In this document: one piece after another, positions 41,353 through 56,405 of the stretch
Position numbering within the stretch: the stretch's first letter is position 1
How the letters are laid out: the number at the start of each line of letters is the position of its first letter
Origin: Chrysomallon squamiferum
Lineage: Eukaryota; Animalia; Mollusca
Assembly (NCBI GenBank): GCA_012295275.1
Contig: CM022668.1
Coordinates: 13,888,001 to 13,952,000, forward strand
Reading direction: 5' to 3'
Length of the DNA stretch: 64,000 nt
Notes under the pieces: generated by a model
Told to the model about the DNA's origin: nothing
Databases searched by the model: none
The model's input: the letters and a program-made list of their open reading frames with translations, nothing else
Position numbers and translations under genes: made by a program

Positions 41353-43241
41353 TGGATGTCAAAATTAAGTGGAATTTGTGTCTGGTGTTTTGTTGTAGGT
41401 TGTATTTCTGTACGCTGTAAACGTTATTGGATTGCTGTTTGGTATGTCTGTGATTGTGTGTATGTATGTGTGTTTGAATGTCTGAATGTATGGGAATGTA
41501 TGTTTGTATGTATGTATGCAAATATGTTTATTTGTGTATACATCTATCAAAATTTCCATTACCAGATGTAAATCTGCCTATTTCAATTCTATTCCATCAT
41601 TTTTCTTTTTATTCTTCTTTTTCTTCTTCGTTTTCTTCTTCTTCCTTTTTTTCCTCTTTTTCTTTTCTTCTTCTCTTTTTCTTTTCTTTTTATTCATTTC
41701 TTTTTTTTTTTTTTCATTTCTTCTTTTTAACCTCCCTCTTTTTACTTCTTTTTCTTCTTACTTTCACACCTCTTCTTTTTCTTCTTCTTCTTCTTCTTCT
41801 TTTTTCTCCATCTTATTCTTCCTTTTCTCTCTTTTTCTCTCCTCCTTCTTCTTCTTCTTCCCTCCTCCAGGATGATATAAAACAATCCTATCATGTCATT
41901 TATTTCTCTTGCACCATTCGTGTAAAAAAAATGTTTTCATGAGATGACGGCAAATAAATTGCTTTCATATTCAAGTTAAGAGTCACTTTCATTCAAAGTT
42001 GCAATCCTCTCGAAAGTGGCAAGAGAGGGAAGGGCAAGAGCACATCTTTGAAATTATTTTTATCGATTTCTGCTCCGAAATGAATAAAAAAATTAAAAAA
42101 GTTTTTAAAAAAGGAGACGTTCTGCGACAAGAGTTATTTTTCTATGTGAGTAAGATCAGTAATGTCTGCCTATGGATCACTTGAAGAATTAGAATTTGCG
42201 TGTTCTGCTACAAGAAGGAATTATTACTTGAAGGAATGTAATTTTCCTTAAAAATTTTGTTTTTCTGATCCAAGTTTTATTTTGTTTTTATTATTATTTT
42301 TTTTTTTTTTTTCTTTCTTAATAAACAGGACCATCAACAAATATAAAAAAGAACATTAGATGATTTTGATATTTTCATCATTTTTTTTTTGTATTTTTTT
42401 TTTGGTGTTTTGTTTTGGTTAATTTTTTTTTATTTTTTTTTAATATTTTTGTTAATGATTTTGTTGTTGTTTTTGTTGTTTCTGATCTTGCAATATTTAT
42501 CTTTTTTGAATTACTTAGTAAAAAGAAATGACCTTAAAATATGACCTTTGATCTTTCATTTCTCTTTCAAAGTTGTTTTTTAAAGTTGCCTTTGTTGATT
42601 TCTAATCTGAAAATATTATTTCATTCTGAAATTACTGAATAAATTATTTCTTAATCTGAATTACTTATTAAACTGGACAGATGAAAACTAATTAAAAAAA
42701 ATTAATTAAATATGAGTGCTGACCTTTTATTTATCTTTGTCCTTCAGAATTAATGAATGAAAAAAAACACTATATTTAATTATATATCAGTATATTTTCT
42801 TTACTAAATTATTGAATATCAAATGTAAAATCATATATATATATATATTATATTCAATTTTGTTCTAGTTAAAATATGAACTTTCATATCTGTGTCTTAT
42901 CTGCAAATCAATACAAATAAAAATAATGATGACCTGGTGATATCAATGATATTGTAAGAAAATGACATTTGAACCCCTGACCTTTGACATTTATGTATAA
43001 ACTAGGATCTGATGTATTTGTATTAAACACAGAAAACAAGAAGCATAGCTTGTATTCAAGATAACTAAAAATGATGACCAGGAAATGAAACCAGTATTAT
43101 ACAGATGTGACCTCTGAACTTTGACCTCGTGTGTAACCTCTGAAGTGAATGTAAGGTTTAGGTGTGTCTAGTGTATGTTTATGTGTACAGGTGTATTATT
43201 TGTAATGAAATGTGTGTTTGGTGATGACTGTGTGTCTGTAT

Positions 43242-43276
<35 letters not shown>

Positions 43277-43436
43277 TGTGTGTGTGTGTGTGTGTCTGGT
43301 AGGGTATATTTAACTGTTTATGTTTTGTTAGTGTGTTTATTATTTGTATCTTTGGTGTATTTTGTTCATACACTATTAGTATGCTTGAAACTTTGCAAGC
43401 TATTACTGTGTTTTATTGATACATCTGTGTGTGTGA

Positions 43437-43474
<38 letters not shown>

Positions 43475-43798
43475 GAATGTATCCTTCAGTTTGGGTGGAT
43501 GTATACTTAACATTCATTTCCACCAAGAAAACACATTTCCTTTCTCCACCATCAATTCATCCAGAAAATCATTTTTTAACAGAATCGGTCTTTTAGAAAA
43601 AAAATACAGTTTAGCATCGAGATGCTACTTTCTAGAACCAAATTACGAAACAGATGTGTCAGTCATATGACAACTGCTCATCACCTGGCAGGTTAAGGAC
43701 CGACAGAACTGTGACATCTGTAAGCAGCATCAAATGACTCATACTGGTGTAAAGTGCAACAACACGATACTATCTACCTAATATATAGTGTCTGTGTC

Positions 43799-43803
<5 letters not shown>

Positions 43804-43877
<74 letters not shown>

Positions 43878-43913
43878 CAGAGAAAAGGGGAAAAGAGAGA
43901 GAGAGAGAGAGAT

Positions 43914-43991
<78 letters not shown>
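43804..43991 (+). repeat. (GA)n microsatellite, interrupted
   Basis: Seen directly. Confidence 0.95.
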
Positions 43992-43994
<3 letters not shown>

Positions 43995-44221
43995 GTGAGT
44001 AACTGGGAGAGGTACAAAGAAAAAGAAACAAAATGACAAAGAGAGAGACAAAGGAGAAAGATGATAGAGACAGAGACAGAGAGAAAGAGAGTGAGAGACT
44101 GAAAAAGATAGAGGGAGGAATGCAAAGAGAGAGACAGAAACAGAAAGAAATAAACAAAATGAGACAAAGAGAGAGAGAAAAGGAAAGAAAGAAAAAGAAA
44201 GAGGAAGAAATACATAAATAC

Positions 44222-44266
<45 letters not shown>

Positions 44267-44830
44267 ACACAGAAAGATAAAGAAAGGAACAGAATATTAA
44301 TAAATATATTAAAAAAACATTTTCAAAAGGGCAAAATAATTTTAAAATTATTAAAAGAGCTATAAATGCATTTAACTTATTTGATATTTGGCAAGTGAAG
44401 ATACAAAAATGAGACATCAAAAAGAAACAAACATAATGAAACTTGTTGAAATAAGCAGAGCCAAATTCCAAGCCAAACTGGTAAAATTAAACTCTGTTGC
44501 ATCCTTTTGAAAAAAAAAAAAATATATATATATATATATATTAGCTCCTTTGAAGTGGAGAGCCATTTACTTCAAGTACATGTGGACTCATTTTCGAGTA
44601 GAAAAAGAAAAAAGAAAAAAATATGAATTAGGTTAGGACAGTCTGTGTGTGGGTGGGTGTCTGTTTGTATATATGTATGTGTGTGTGTGAGTGTGTATAT
44701 ATATATATATATTATATACACACAAACACAAACACAGATACAGACAGACAGACATAATGAGAGAGACAGAGTAATAAAAATAAGAGACATAATGAAGGGT
44801 ACCAATGATAGATAAACAGACACATCAGAT

Positions 44831-44865
<35 letters not shown>

Positions 44866-45043
44866 TAATAAGTGAAGTGAAATAACTGATAGCTAGACTG
44901 ACAGTAAATAATAGACTACTAACAGGTTGGTGATAGATAGAGACATGCTTACTTAACCTGATAATATTTATACAGAGAGAGACACAGAAACATACTGACT
45001 GACAAACCTAAAAAAACAAGGGTGTGGTATTTAAGTATGAATA

Positions 45044-45085
<42 letters not shown>

Positions 45086-45242
45086 CATATGTGTGTGTAT
45101 ATGAATAAGTGTTTATGTGTGTGAAGGAGGTGTATGGGTATGTACATGCATGCATGTGTGCATGTGTGTATTTACAGATGGGAAGGTAGAAATATACTAT
45201 GCATGTTTGTCTCTGTGTGTGTGTGTGCATTTTTGTATGGTG

Positions 45243-45285
<43 letters not shown>

Positions 45286-46840
45286 ATTTCAGACATCAGT
45301 ATACATTATTACATTTCAATAATGTTTATAAAATTTATATTAACCTTTTATTATTTACATAAATTTGATTTTTATTGCAGACACAGACAGTTAAAATTCA
45401 GTAAACTCAAATTTAAAAAAAAAAAAAAAAGAGATTTATGAATAATGAATGAAAGAAATTCAAAAAAAATAATAATAATAATAATTTTAAATACAAAATA
45501 TCAGAACGATGTAAAAAAAAATAATAATAATAATAATAACAAATAAATAATTAAATAACTATAATAATAATGATAATGGTGATGATGATGGTAATAATAA
45601 CAACAACAACAAAATAATAACAACAATGATAATAAATTAAAAATGTCATCCTTGACAGCCTAACATGCTGGTAGTGTTTACCATAAAACCACTCCTGTTT
45701 AAATATTTGCTAATGTTGACTTCAGCTGACATCCCATCCTGTTTTCTCTCTGTCTCTCTGATTATTGACGTTTTATTACATACTTCATATATAAATACTG
45801 TCAACTGACATCTCTGTGATTACATAACTTGGTCAAGTTACAAGCAAAATATGATGAAATCATGATAAAATTGTTCTAAGAGATTTTATTTAATTTTTTT
45901 TTTTTTTTTTCAAATATTTATTGTTTGTAAGAGTAGTTAACATTTTCTGGTATGAAATATGTTTGACTGTTTGAGTAACAGAAAAAGAAACTGATGGGGT
46001 TTTTTTTAATATTAATTATAGCATGGTTTTAGTAGTAATAGTAGTAAAAATAGTAATAATATCAGATGTGGTAGTTATGGTAATAGTACAGTAATAGTGA
46101 TGTTAAAGCTGGTATTTGTATTTGTATTTGTAGTAGTAGTAGTATGTATAGTAGTAGAAGTAGTAATGGTAATGGTATTACTAGTAGTAGTAGTAATAGC
46201 CAAAGTAGTAGTAGTGGTAACAATGGAATAAAAATAACAATTATTACAAATAACAATAACAAGGAACAGTATCATTTACAACAATAGTAACATTAACAAC
46301 AGACAGAATAACAAAATAACAGGAACCATAATAATATTAACAATTATAAAAGCAACAATTTTAAATGTACGAACAAGAACACAAAGAACAAAAATACAAG
46401 AATATAAATAAATAAATAAATAGGATATAAAAATAGAAACAAAAATCCTACAATTCTGAATCCAGCAGAAAACTGGTTTTACCCTAGATAAATTATATTT
46501 CATGAAATCATATCCATGAAGAAAAAAAAAATGGAAGCTTGAATGAACACCTGCCATATGCTTGAGTAAACATGCACCAGAAATATTTACAAGCTTCTAA
46601 TCCTATTCATGTCACTGTAATAATTTCACATTTAATAAAAAAAATATTTTAACATTTTCTAACACTGAAAGTTCAAATAAAAGCTAAGAAATGAGGGATG
46701 GTGGGTTTTTCTTGTTGTTGTTGTTGTTGATTTTTTTAGCTGTATATTTCAACAAAAGCAGTCAGTATTTTAATGATATTTTAAAATTGAAGTCAGTCTT
46801 CAGGAAGACATTATTAATACTTTCTAGTGTTTCTTGTTGG

Positions 46841-46871
<31 letters not shown>

Positions 46872-47349
46872 TTCATCTATAATTATCTTTTCATCTTCCT
46901 ATTTCATTTCATTTTTTTTTTTTTTTTTTTTTTGTGTACACTTCAGCACTGATTATGTTCCTAGTATTAAAAAAGAAGCAAAAACATTTAAAACTTTACA
47001 TATTTTAAAATTTTCATAAAAACTGTGTCCAATGTATAAATAAATGCATGTAACATTTTATATATTTATGTGTCTATATAAAGTGTGTGTGCTTCTCCAC
47101 AACAGACACACAGACAGACAGACACACACACACACACACACACATCCTTATTTTATGTATATGCAGTTCAATGCATGTTTACTTGCATACTGCTCCTACA
47201 ACCATGTGAAAGTAGACAACAATGGCAGTGGCAACCAAATTTACATAAAAGATATTAGCCCCCATATTAAGTTCTCAGACAGATGCTATCTTCCTGACTA
47301 CCTGTGATGATTATCAATCTGAATGAAGCATGTCAGCATGACCTGACTT

Positions 47350-48280
47350 TGTTCAAAATTGTTTACTGGATTTCTGTGGCATGTTCTGGTTCCCACTGGT
47401 CGGTACTGCTTTCTCAAAAACTGTTTCTGTTAGTGGGTTTTTTGTGGTCTTTACTGGTAAATTTCTGTACATTTTATGACTTGTCTACTTTAATGGGTGT
47501 TGCTTTGTGGGGTCTTCACAGGCCTCTTTTGAAACTGTTTATCTTAGTCGGGTCCTTTGCGGGTTTTTATAGGTGATTTCTGTGTACTTTGTAACTGTTT
47601 ATCTTATGTTGGGTACTTTGTGGTCTTTATTGATATTTCTGCTTTCTTTAAAATTGTCTATGTTTTCTGTGTGTGCTTTGTGGTTCTTACTGGTGATTGC
47701 TGTACTTTTTAAAACTGATTTTGCCGATTTTATTGGCGATTTGGCTATTTTCCGATAATGTCTACTATTCAAAACTTATTTTCTCACTGGGGTACTTTGA
47801 AGTCATTATTACTGACTGCTAAACATTTCTACAACTTATTTTTCTTAGTGAGATATTTTGCGGTCTTTATTGATGATTCCTCTGAACTTTAAAACCATTT
47901 ATTTTATTGTCATCTGCATTTTTTTTATTGACGACTTATTTAAACTTTGAAACTTGTGTTTATTCTTTATTGTCTTTGCGGTTCTTGCTGATGGCTTTTG
48001 CATGTTTAAAACTATTACAGTGATATTTTATGGTTATTATTGCCAACTTTTACAATGGTATTTTATGGTTATTATTGCTGTACCTTTTTAACAAAATGAT
48101 AATCAAGGTATGGTAGTTTGCAGTTCATGCTGGTAATTTCTCTATCTTTAAAACTATTTACTTTAGTGTTGAACTTACTGTATTTTCTTATAACTGTTTA
48201 TCATAATAAGGTACTTTGTGGTTCTTACTGGTAAATTCTCCTCTCTTTCATAATGTTTACTCTATAGCAAGACTTCATAG
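47350..48280. repeat. Degenerate ~55 bp minisatellite, roughly 15-17 copies
   Basis: Consensus-like AAACTGTTTATCTTAGTGGGTACTTTGTGGTCTTTACTGGTGATTTCTGTACTTT recurs throughout. Confidence 0.85.
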
Positions 48281-48721
48281 CATTTAATCATGATTTTTTT
48301 TTTTTTTTTTTTTTTGCACTTAAAAATTAGTTCAGCTTGGATTGTTATTATCACTTGAACCCAAAACAAACTAAACCAAAAATATTATTATTTCTAAAAC
48401 AAAATAAAATGTTTATCATACCACAAAGCAAAATATTTATAAATAATTAAAAATTAAACCCCGCAGTTATAAATGATTTTGATAACCACACAGTATGGCT
48501 AGAAAAGAATTTTGATAATTTTCTTTTTTCTTTTTTTCTTTCTCTTTTTTCTTTTTTTAAATTATTATTAATTTTTTTCTTTCTTTACTTTATTTTTTAA
48601 TTTTATTCTTATTTTTCTTTTAATTTTAAATTTTTTTTTTTATTCAAATTATTTTATATAATCCTTGAATTTTTTCTTTTATTTGCATCATCATATTTTA
48701 TTTTTTATTTTTTTTATTTTT

Positions 48722-48759
<38 letters not shown>

Positions 48760-49191
48760 TTTCAATTTCCTAACATCTTAAAAACACTTACAAACCCAAA
48801 TATCAAAAACAAAACACTTAGAAACTCAAAGCCATCTTCACAAAAATAAAATGGCGTAAAAAAAAAAAAAAAAAAATTTTCCACTTGATTTGTAAAACAA
48901 CAAAAACATCAGCTGTGAGATTCCTACACTACTAATTACACTGACAGATGCCTGGACACTCAGACAATCATCTTTAATTTGTTGTTTGTCCCTGTCACAC
49001 TAAACTCACAAACGCACATGTCACATAGGAATGAGCTGAAGACAGAACAGCAAACAGAGAAACTAATACAGAGAGAGAGAGAAAACAGTGAAACTTATAA
49101 CATGCAGAAATAGTAGTATTGACATCTACAGATGTTATATATACAGAAATAATATAGGGAAATACTAATATATACACACAAACACACAGAC

Positions 49192-49197
<6 letters not shown>

Positions 49198-49282
<85 letters not shown>
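49198..49282 (+). repeat. (GA)n microsatellite
   Basis: Seen directly. Confidence 0.97.
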
Positions 49283-49286
<4 letters not shown>

Positions 49287-49768
49287 ATATACAGAAATAC
49301 TAATACTCATATAATACTGTATAGAAATAATAATACTCATATATATAAAAGAAATAATATATACAGAAATATATAGAGAAATAATAATACTGGTAGCTGT
49401 TGATATAATATATTCAAATATTACATGTATGGTAATAACATAAAAATATACTCTAAAAAAAATAATATTATTAATTATGTATGCAGTTATCCATGCTATA
49501 TATAGATAATTAGATTGTTATAAAGAACTCATAAATTATTTTTTTATATATTGTCTTATTTGCACAAGGATTAGTCACAATGTACATACACTTATATAAA
49601 CACAAAAACAGAGATAACTGAATTTGTAGTCTGTCCATATATACTATATATATTTATGTTATTCACGTTATTTATTTTATTTAATTTAATTTAATTTAAT
49701 TTTATTTTATTTTATTTTATTTTATTTTATTTTATTTTATTTTATTTTTTATTTTATTCTATTTTTTA

Positions 49769-49818
<50 letters not shown>

Positions 49819-50800
49819 CATTATTATTTATTATTTTAATTTATTTATTATTATTTTTTTTTTATTATTACTGTTATTATTTATTTTAATAATGACACTC
49901 AAACCAATACACACAGATGGTCACATTGAAAAAGGGATCACACTGTAAAAAGTCAAACACAAAATACTCTGACATTTTTCGACTGTAACGGGAATTAATG
50001 AGAGCTCTCTGGGCTTTTAATTCTGGCTGGATGAGGCTCAAACAAAAGGATGAGATATTTGTTCCTCTTCCTTTCTTCATGTCCACTGATCAAAGATAAT
50101 TGTCAAGGGCTTTCTGTGATCAAATGGTGAACGATACGAAGATTTCTTTTCTTCTCCTGGTCAAGCAGACGACAAAAAATTTCCTTTCTTCTTTTTGTTC
50201 TTCAAGATGGCTGAATACAGGGAGAAAATTTCTTCCTTCTTTTATCTCCATGATGAGTGAACACAAAATTTCTCTTTTTATAAAGCAGAGCGCAAATATT
50301 TCTCTTTTTTTTACTTCTTTTAATCTTTATAAATTTTGTATGTGTATTTTTTTTAATGATCTGTACAGAATACAGACTTATTTTTTTTTTTTTCATTTTC
50401 TTCTGGGATGCTTGAAGAGTGCTAATATTGTTCTTCATAATATATTTATTTTATTTTTTTTCCATGAATGCCAAACCAAATGAAGAATTTTTTTTTTTTT
50501 TTTTTTTTTTTCATTTTTTCAAAATGTCTGACCACTAGGCAAATATATTTTATTTTCGTTTCTTCTTTGTCTTCAGGAGGGCTAAAGGAACTGACATTTA
50601 CACAGTCTGAGTTTGTTGATCTTTCCTAACTAGCCAACTGACCAGCAATGACCAGTGTCCTAGACTCAATTCATCAAATCTGGGAATTACCTTTCATGGC
50701 TATTTTTGATTAGTGATGGTTTCGAATGCCCACCATTTGTTCCTCACAACCATAAATATCCAGCTATCATCTCCATTGTCATCTTACTTGTAATAGTCAT

Positions 50801-51026
50801 AATAAAGATGAAGAATTGTATTTGTTGTTGGTGTTGTTGTTGCTGATGCTGTTGTTGTAGATGCTGTTGTTAAATTATATCATCACCATTCACTATTATA
50901 TTTCAGTATTTAATAAAGATGAAGAATTTTATTTGTTGGTGTTGTTGTTGTTGTTGCTGATGCCGTTGTTGTAGTTGTTGTTGTTAAATTACATCATCAC
51001 CATACACTATTATATTTCAATATTTA
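50801..51026. repeat. Tandem duplication, ~110 bp x2
   Basis: aataaagatgaagaatt...catcaccat.cactattatatttca at 50801 and 50911. Confidence 0.92.
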
Positions 51027-51649
51027 ATTCATGTTTAAGACAAATTAGTTATTAGTAGTAGTAGTAGCAGTAGCAGTAGTTTTAGTAGTAGTAGTAGTAG
51101 TAGTAGTAGTAGCCACAACAGCAGTAGTAGCAGCAGCAGCAGTAGTAATAGTAGTAGTAGTAGTAGTAGTAGTAGTTGTTGTTATAATAACAGGAGAATT
51201 ATTATTATTATCATTATTATCATTATTATTATTATTATCATTATTGTTATTAATGTCACTGTTTTGTTGTTTTTGTTGTTACTATTGAACTATACTTTGA
51301 ATGTTGTTTTTCTAAATATATTTTATTTATTTTCTTGAAAACAATAAAACTAGGAAATTGCTTTTATTCTCTAAAGAATTAGCAACCACACACTAATATT
51401 TCTTTACCTGCAAAGCAACAATTCACTCGGGAGAAACAACTTTAAAAAAAAGAACAGTTTACAAAATCAATTACATTCACATGACTGTTTTTCCATTATT
51501 TAAATGTTTTTGCTTGTTTGTTTTTCATTTTGTTTTTTGTTTGTTTATGATATTTAGATTATGAAAATTTGCCAGGAACAGTAGTAGTAAGTTCATTGGC
51601 TTTATTTTAATTTTTTTTTTTTTTTTGAACTCTGTTATCTATTAAAATA

Positions 51650-51890
51650 TTTCCTGTTCTAGACAGCACTCTCTTACTGGTTATCAAATTCTGTGATATT
51701 TCCTATCTTTGTATTTACTTATCATTATCTATTGTAATCACTGACCCACAATTATATATCTGACTGCTGCCCTTTGAAATAGTTCCTGTTCTAGATAAAG
51801 CTCTCTAGATAAAGACACAAAGAGGTGTCGTATGTCATATCCTGTTTATGGACATGTCTATATAAAAGTTACTTTTTGCTTATGGAAACA
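51650..51890 (+). mobile_element. Two tandem SINE core fragments
   Basis: cctgttctagacagcactctcttactggttatcaaa..., then cctgttctaga...gtatgtcatatcctgtttatggacatgtctatataaaag. Confidence 0.5.
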
Positions 51891-53374
51891 CTCTGAAGAT
51901 TTGCACTTAACACGGTTAGAAAAATAAATAAATAAATTAATTAATTAATTAATTAAATAAATAAATAAATAAAATAAAATAAAATTATACAGTTGTTGAT
52001 AACAAAATAATAAATGAGCCATTTATTTTTAGATTTAAATTAAAAAAAATATATATATATACTTCATTATTTCATATGTTATTGTTGATAAGTTCCCAAA
52101 AGAATTTAAAAAATTAAAATCCAACAGAAAAATAATAGGAAATTCAACAACAGGCATTAAAAAAAAAAAAAAAAAAACAAGACAATAAACAATTTAATTT
52201 TCTTATTGTTACTGTTGATTCAAATTATTTTCAAAAAAAAATAATAATAATAATAAAAGTTTAAAAATTAAAAAAAAAAAGAAATCCAAGGATCTTATTC
52301 AAATGGTTTTAAGAAAATAAATAAACAAATAAATGTCAGTCATACTTGACTTTCAATCATGCTGAAATATTTGAGAACTGTTTTAAAAACAAATTACAGA
52401 AGTCTTCATCTTCAACCGTGTTCATGTTTATTCATGATGTTTTCAGTGCACGACAAAACAACATGAGGTCAAGGACGTTTTAACATTTGTCATTTCTGTT
52501 ACAAACAGCTTTTTAGATTGGTTTGAAAACAACCAATATGGCCACTATCTCAAAAAAGTAAAAAAAATGTCTTCTTTACTATTAAATTCTTTTATTTATT
52601 TATTTATTTCATTTTATTTGCATTTTTGTCGGTTTGTTTATTTCTTTCTTTCTTTTTATTTGTTTTTTCCTTGCTTTAATTATTATTATTATTATTATTA
52701 TTAATTTTGTCTGTATGTTTATTTATTTATTTATTTATTTATTACCTTTTTCTTTGTTTTCTTCTTGTTTATTTATTTATTTTTCCTTATCAAAAGAAGT
52801 AACAAAGAAAGCAAAAATCAGAAATGAAATCAATTTTCTTGTAAATTTATAAAATATTTTTCTGTTTAATATTAACTATATACAGTTTTATACAACAGCA
52901 TTTAAGTCATCAAATACTTTTGTATCAATTTACTGTTCAATAAAGGCAAAAGTTAGTGGAACAAAATGGCACTGATGTATCCATGGACAAATATCCAAAT
53001 GCTGTTTATGAATTTAACTTTAAAAAAAACCCAGTATAAACTTTTGTTTCAACCAGGAAAAATCACGAACATAACCTTTATGTTCGAATTTGTTACTTTT
53101 TATATACATTAAATATTTAACTACACAAATAACAGACTAATAAATATAAATTTCATATTGCATATATTATACATAAAGCTATATTCTAAAGCCATATATA
53201 TACATGATTTCAGTTTTTTTTTTCTAACAGTTTCTAAATATCACTGCATATTCTTACATGAATAGGTTAGATGTATGTACTAATTATTTGTTTGTGCCAT
53301 GAAAAACATAAATAATTGATTCGCTGGAGTTATTAACAAAATTACATGCATTTATGATATATATATATAATTAT

Positions 53375-53491
<117 letters not shown>

Positions 53492-54274
53492 AGACAAAGA
53501 TTTTGAGAAAATATGAAACAAAAAGGAATATATGACACACACACACACATATATACAAACAGATGGAAACACAGGGAAAGAGAGAGAAAAATCAGACAAA
53601 ATGAAAGATAAAATAAATGAAAGACAAACAGCCAATAAGGAATTTTTCAAAGAAAAAAATAAGACAAATATGAGACAATAAGACAAAGTGTTAATCCCTA
53701 TTATGTAATGTATATATTAGTAAAAGATTAAAAACACACTCAAACAATCTCTCCATTCACCATGACCCACTAAATCCCCTCATCTGTATCTCTTAAACCA
53801 ACAAGAATTAACAAGACTAAATAAACTAATCACCCCGAAGTTAAACACATTCCAGAATTAATTAATTCCATCATCCCTGGTTGTCCACTCACTAAACTGC
53901 AGTCTAATTAAAACCATTACCTGCTCGGACTGACCATTCATTCATCCCCCCGTCCCCACCATCCTGCCATGACCCCCCCTCCCTCCCTCCCTCGGGAGAC
54001 TGGACGTTTAAGTAGAGGTGTGAAGCCATCACACTGGCCACTTAGCACTTGTTGAGTCCTGCCTGCCTGTGTAATTGAGGATACTTCCTGTGCAGACATT
54101 TTCAGTGTGACAGGTAGCAGAAGTAAATGATTGCCTAATCAATTTGGTAACAAATACCAGCAGTTTCTGGTGTGAGTGAAAAGCTATCTCTGCCCAAGGC
54201 ACACTGAAACCAGTTTTGTTTTTTTTGTTGTTTTTTTTTACTTTACTTTACTTTCCTTGGTGGACCCTAAATTG

Positions 54275-54525
54275 GCTGAAGGATTATTTCCTTAAGGACC
54301 CTTGGGTATTAATACTATTATTTACTGAGAAACCCCTGAAGATAATTTCCATGGTCTTGTATAGCTCTTATTATTACTGTGCAAACTCTTTAGTGTTATA
54401 TTCTTGAGAACATCTGGGAATTATTTTCTTGTATTCCTTAGGGATTATTGTCTAGTAATCCTAATGGATTATTTCTATAAAATATCTGGGGATTATTATT
54501 TGGTAAATACTGTAAGGATTATTTT
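54275..54525. repeat. Degenerate ~25-30 bp repeat with GGATTATT core
   Basis: GGATTATT/GGAATTATT recurs at about 54281, 54417, 54442, 54466, 54490 and 54516. Confidence 0.55.
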
Positions 54526-54709
54526 TTATTTTTTTTATTATTATTTTTTTTTTTCATAAGCTGTTGATGATGTTTTCCTTGCATACCTCTAATGATTAAT
54601 TTGTAGTGAATCACTGAGAAGTATTTTGTTGGGTAAATTCCTAGGTTTATTTTTCTGTTTACAAAAAAACTTATTTTCATCGGAATATTATACAACATAT
54701 ACACATTAG

Positions 54710-54756
<47 letters not shown>

Positions 54757-54952
54757 GATGCCTATATTAACCCCATCTGACACCCACACCCACACATGCA
54801 CATATGTTAAGTCCTTCACACATGCACAGACATCCATATGCAAGTGATTAAGTCAGACACTCCTACACACATATGGACACTCATTCATCACATAAACACA
54901 CAAAATGTATTAAACTCTGTAACACAGGCACCTATATGCATCTCCTTATATG

Positions 54953-55005
<53 letters not shown>

Positions 55006-56329
55006 GCAAACACAGTCAAAACGCACTCACCCACACACTATCTCAAATTTTTTCTCACTCTCTCTTTCTCTCTCTTGTAAAATAATTTTATTTACGGTAC
55101 AGCCTGATAGTTCTCACGTCAGCTAACATTATACACACACTCTCTCCTCTGGTGATATTTAGTCAGTGTCAGTGTGTGATGTATTGCATCATCTTCATGA
55201 AAACATCACGTACATTGTGGTAGTAGTAGTAGTAGTAGTAGTAGTCATATTGCATCATACTATATAGCAAAGCTCAAGTATTACCGATTTGATGATGGTG
55301 ATGTTGACGTTTTTGTTCTTCTTCTTGTTAAACGAGGTTAATGTTGTTTAAAAACTGAAGGTGTGAGTAAGAATAAATTAATAAAATAAAATAAAGAAAT
55401 TTTGTTTTTGTATTTGCAGTACATATAATGGATGAATGTAAATCAGTCTGTGTGTATGTGTACGTGCATGTGTACACATGCACACACACAATTAATTACT
55501 GTGCATATCTGTGTGTGTCAGTGTGCAAGTATTTCTTTTATGTATTTCTGTATGTCTTAGGATACTGTGTGTGTATATGTGTGTGTGTGTGTATGTGTCA
55601 AGGTATTATGTATAAATATATTTGTGTGTGTGTGTGTGTTTGTTTATTTGTGTATGTATGCAAGTGAGTGCATCTGCATTTATATGAAAACTAAAAATAG
55701 ACAAATATATTAATTTAGAAAACTGTCCATTTGTGGAAACCAAAGATACAGATAATACACAATTTTCTCTAGAGCTCATCCTCACCATGCCAGTATGGAA
55801 GGTTTATTATTAATTAAGATTTATGTCATCTTCTGAATGTTCCAGAGAAAATAATGACCTGCGCAGGTTGTTATGAAAGGAGATGATGTAAGAACACAGT
55901 CTAGAGTTACCACACATGAATTTTTCTTTGTCATAGCCGCAAATCAATAAAAGCCAAATGAGTCTTGTAATAATGTCTGTAACATTTGAATAAGTGTATT
56001 AATACATGCATAAATTAGTTAAATAATTAACAAAAGAAAAAATAAGAAAGAAAGAAAGAATGGAAATAAATAAATAAATAAAAATAAAAAAATAAATAAT
56101 AAAATAAATAAATAATAAAATAAATAATAAAATAAATGAATAATAAATAAATAAATAAATAAACAGAATTAAATAAATATTAGTTAAAAGATTAGAATCA
56201 ATATATAGAAACCATCACAAATGTGACTGAATAAAAAATAAATTAAATACTTTACTGCTGATACTCAATACAATTCATTACTAGCAGCTTCTAGATATTA
56301 GACAAAGCCATTATTTTTTATTACGATAA

Positions 56330-56405
56330 TTTAAAAACCCTGTCTGCTGCCATTCCATGAATTACTCATCAGCAATAAGCGATCCTTTACATATACCTTC
56401 CCATT
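56330..56405 (-). mobile_element. SINE core fragment
   Basis: aaaccctgtctgctgccattccatgaattactcatcagcaataagcgatcctttacatataccttccca parallels 27890 and 11320. Confidence 0.5.

Noticed and set aside
49886-50483. Overlapping ORFs suggesting a retrocopy
   Set aside because: The region consists of degenerate AAATTTCT-rich repeats with no recognisable protein motif.
52960-53010. AATGGCACTG miR-183/263-like seed with a weak hairpin
   Set aside because: Only the first 10 nt match and the stem is poorly paired.
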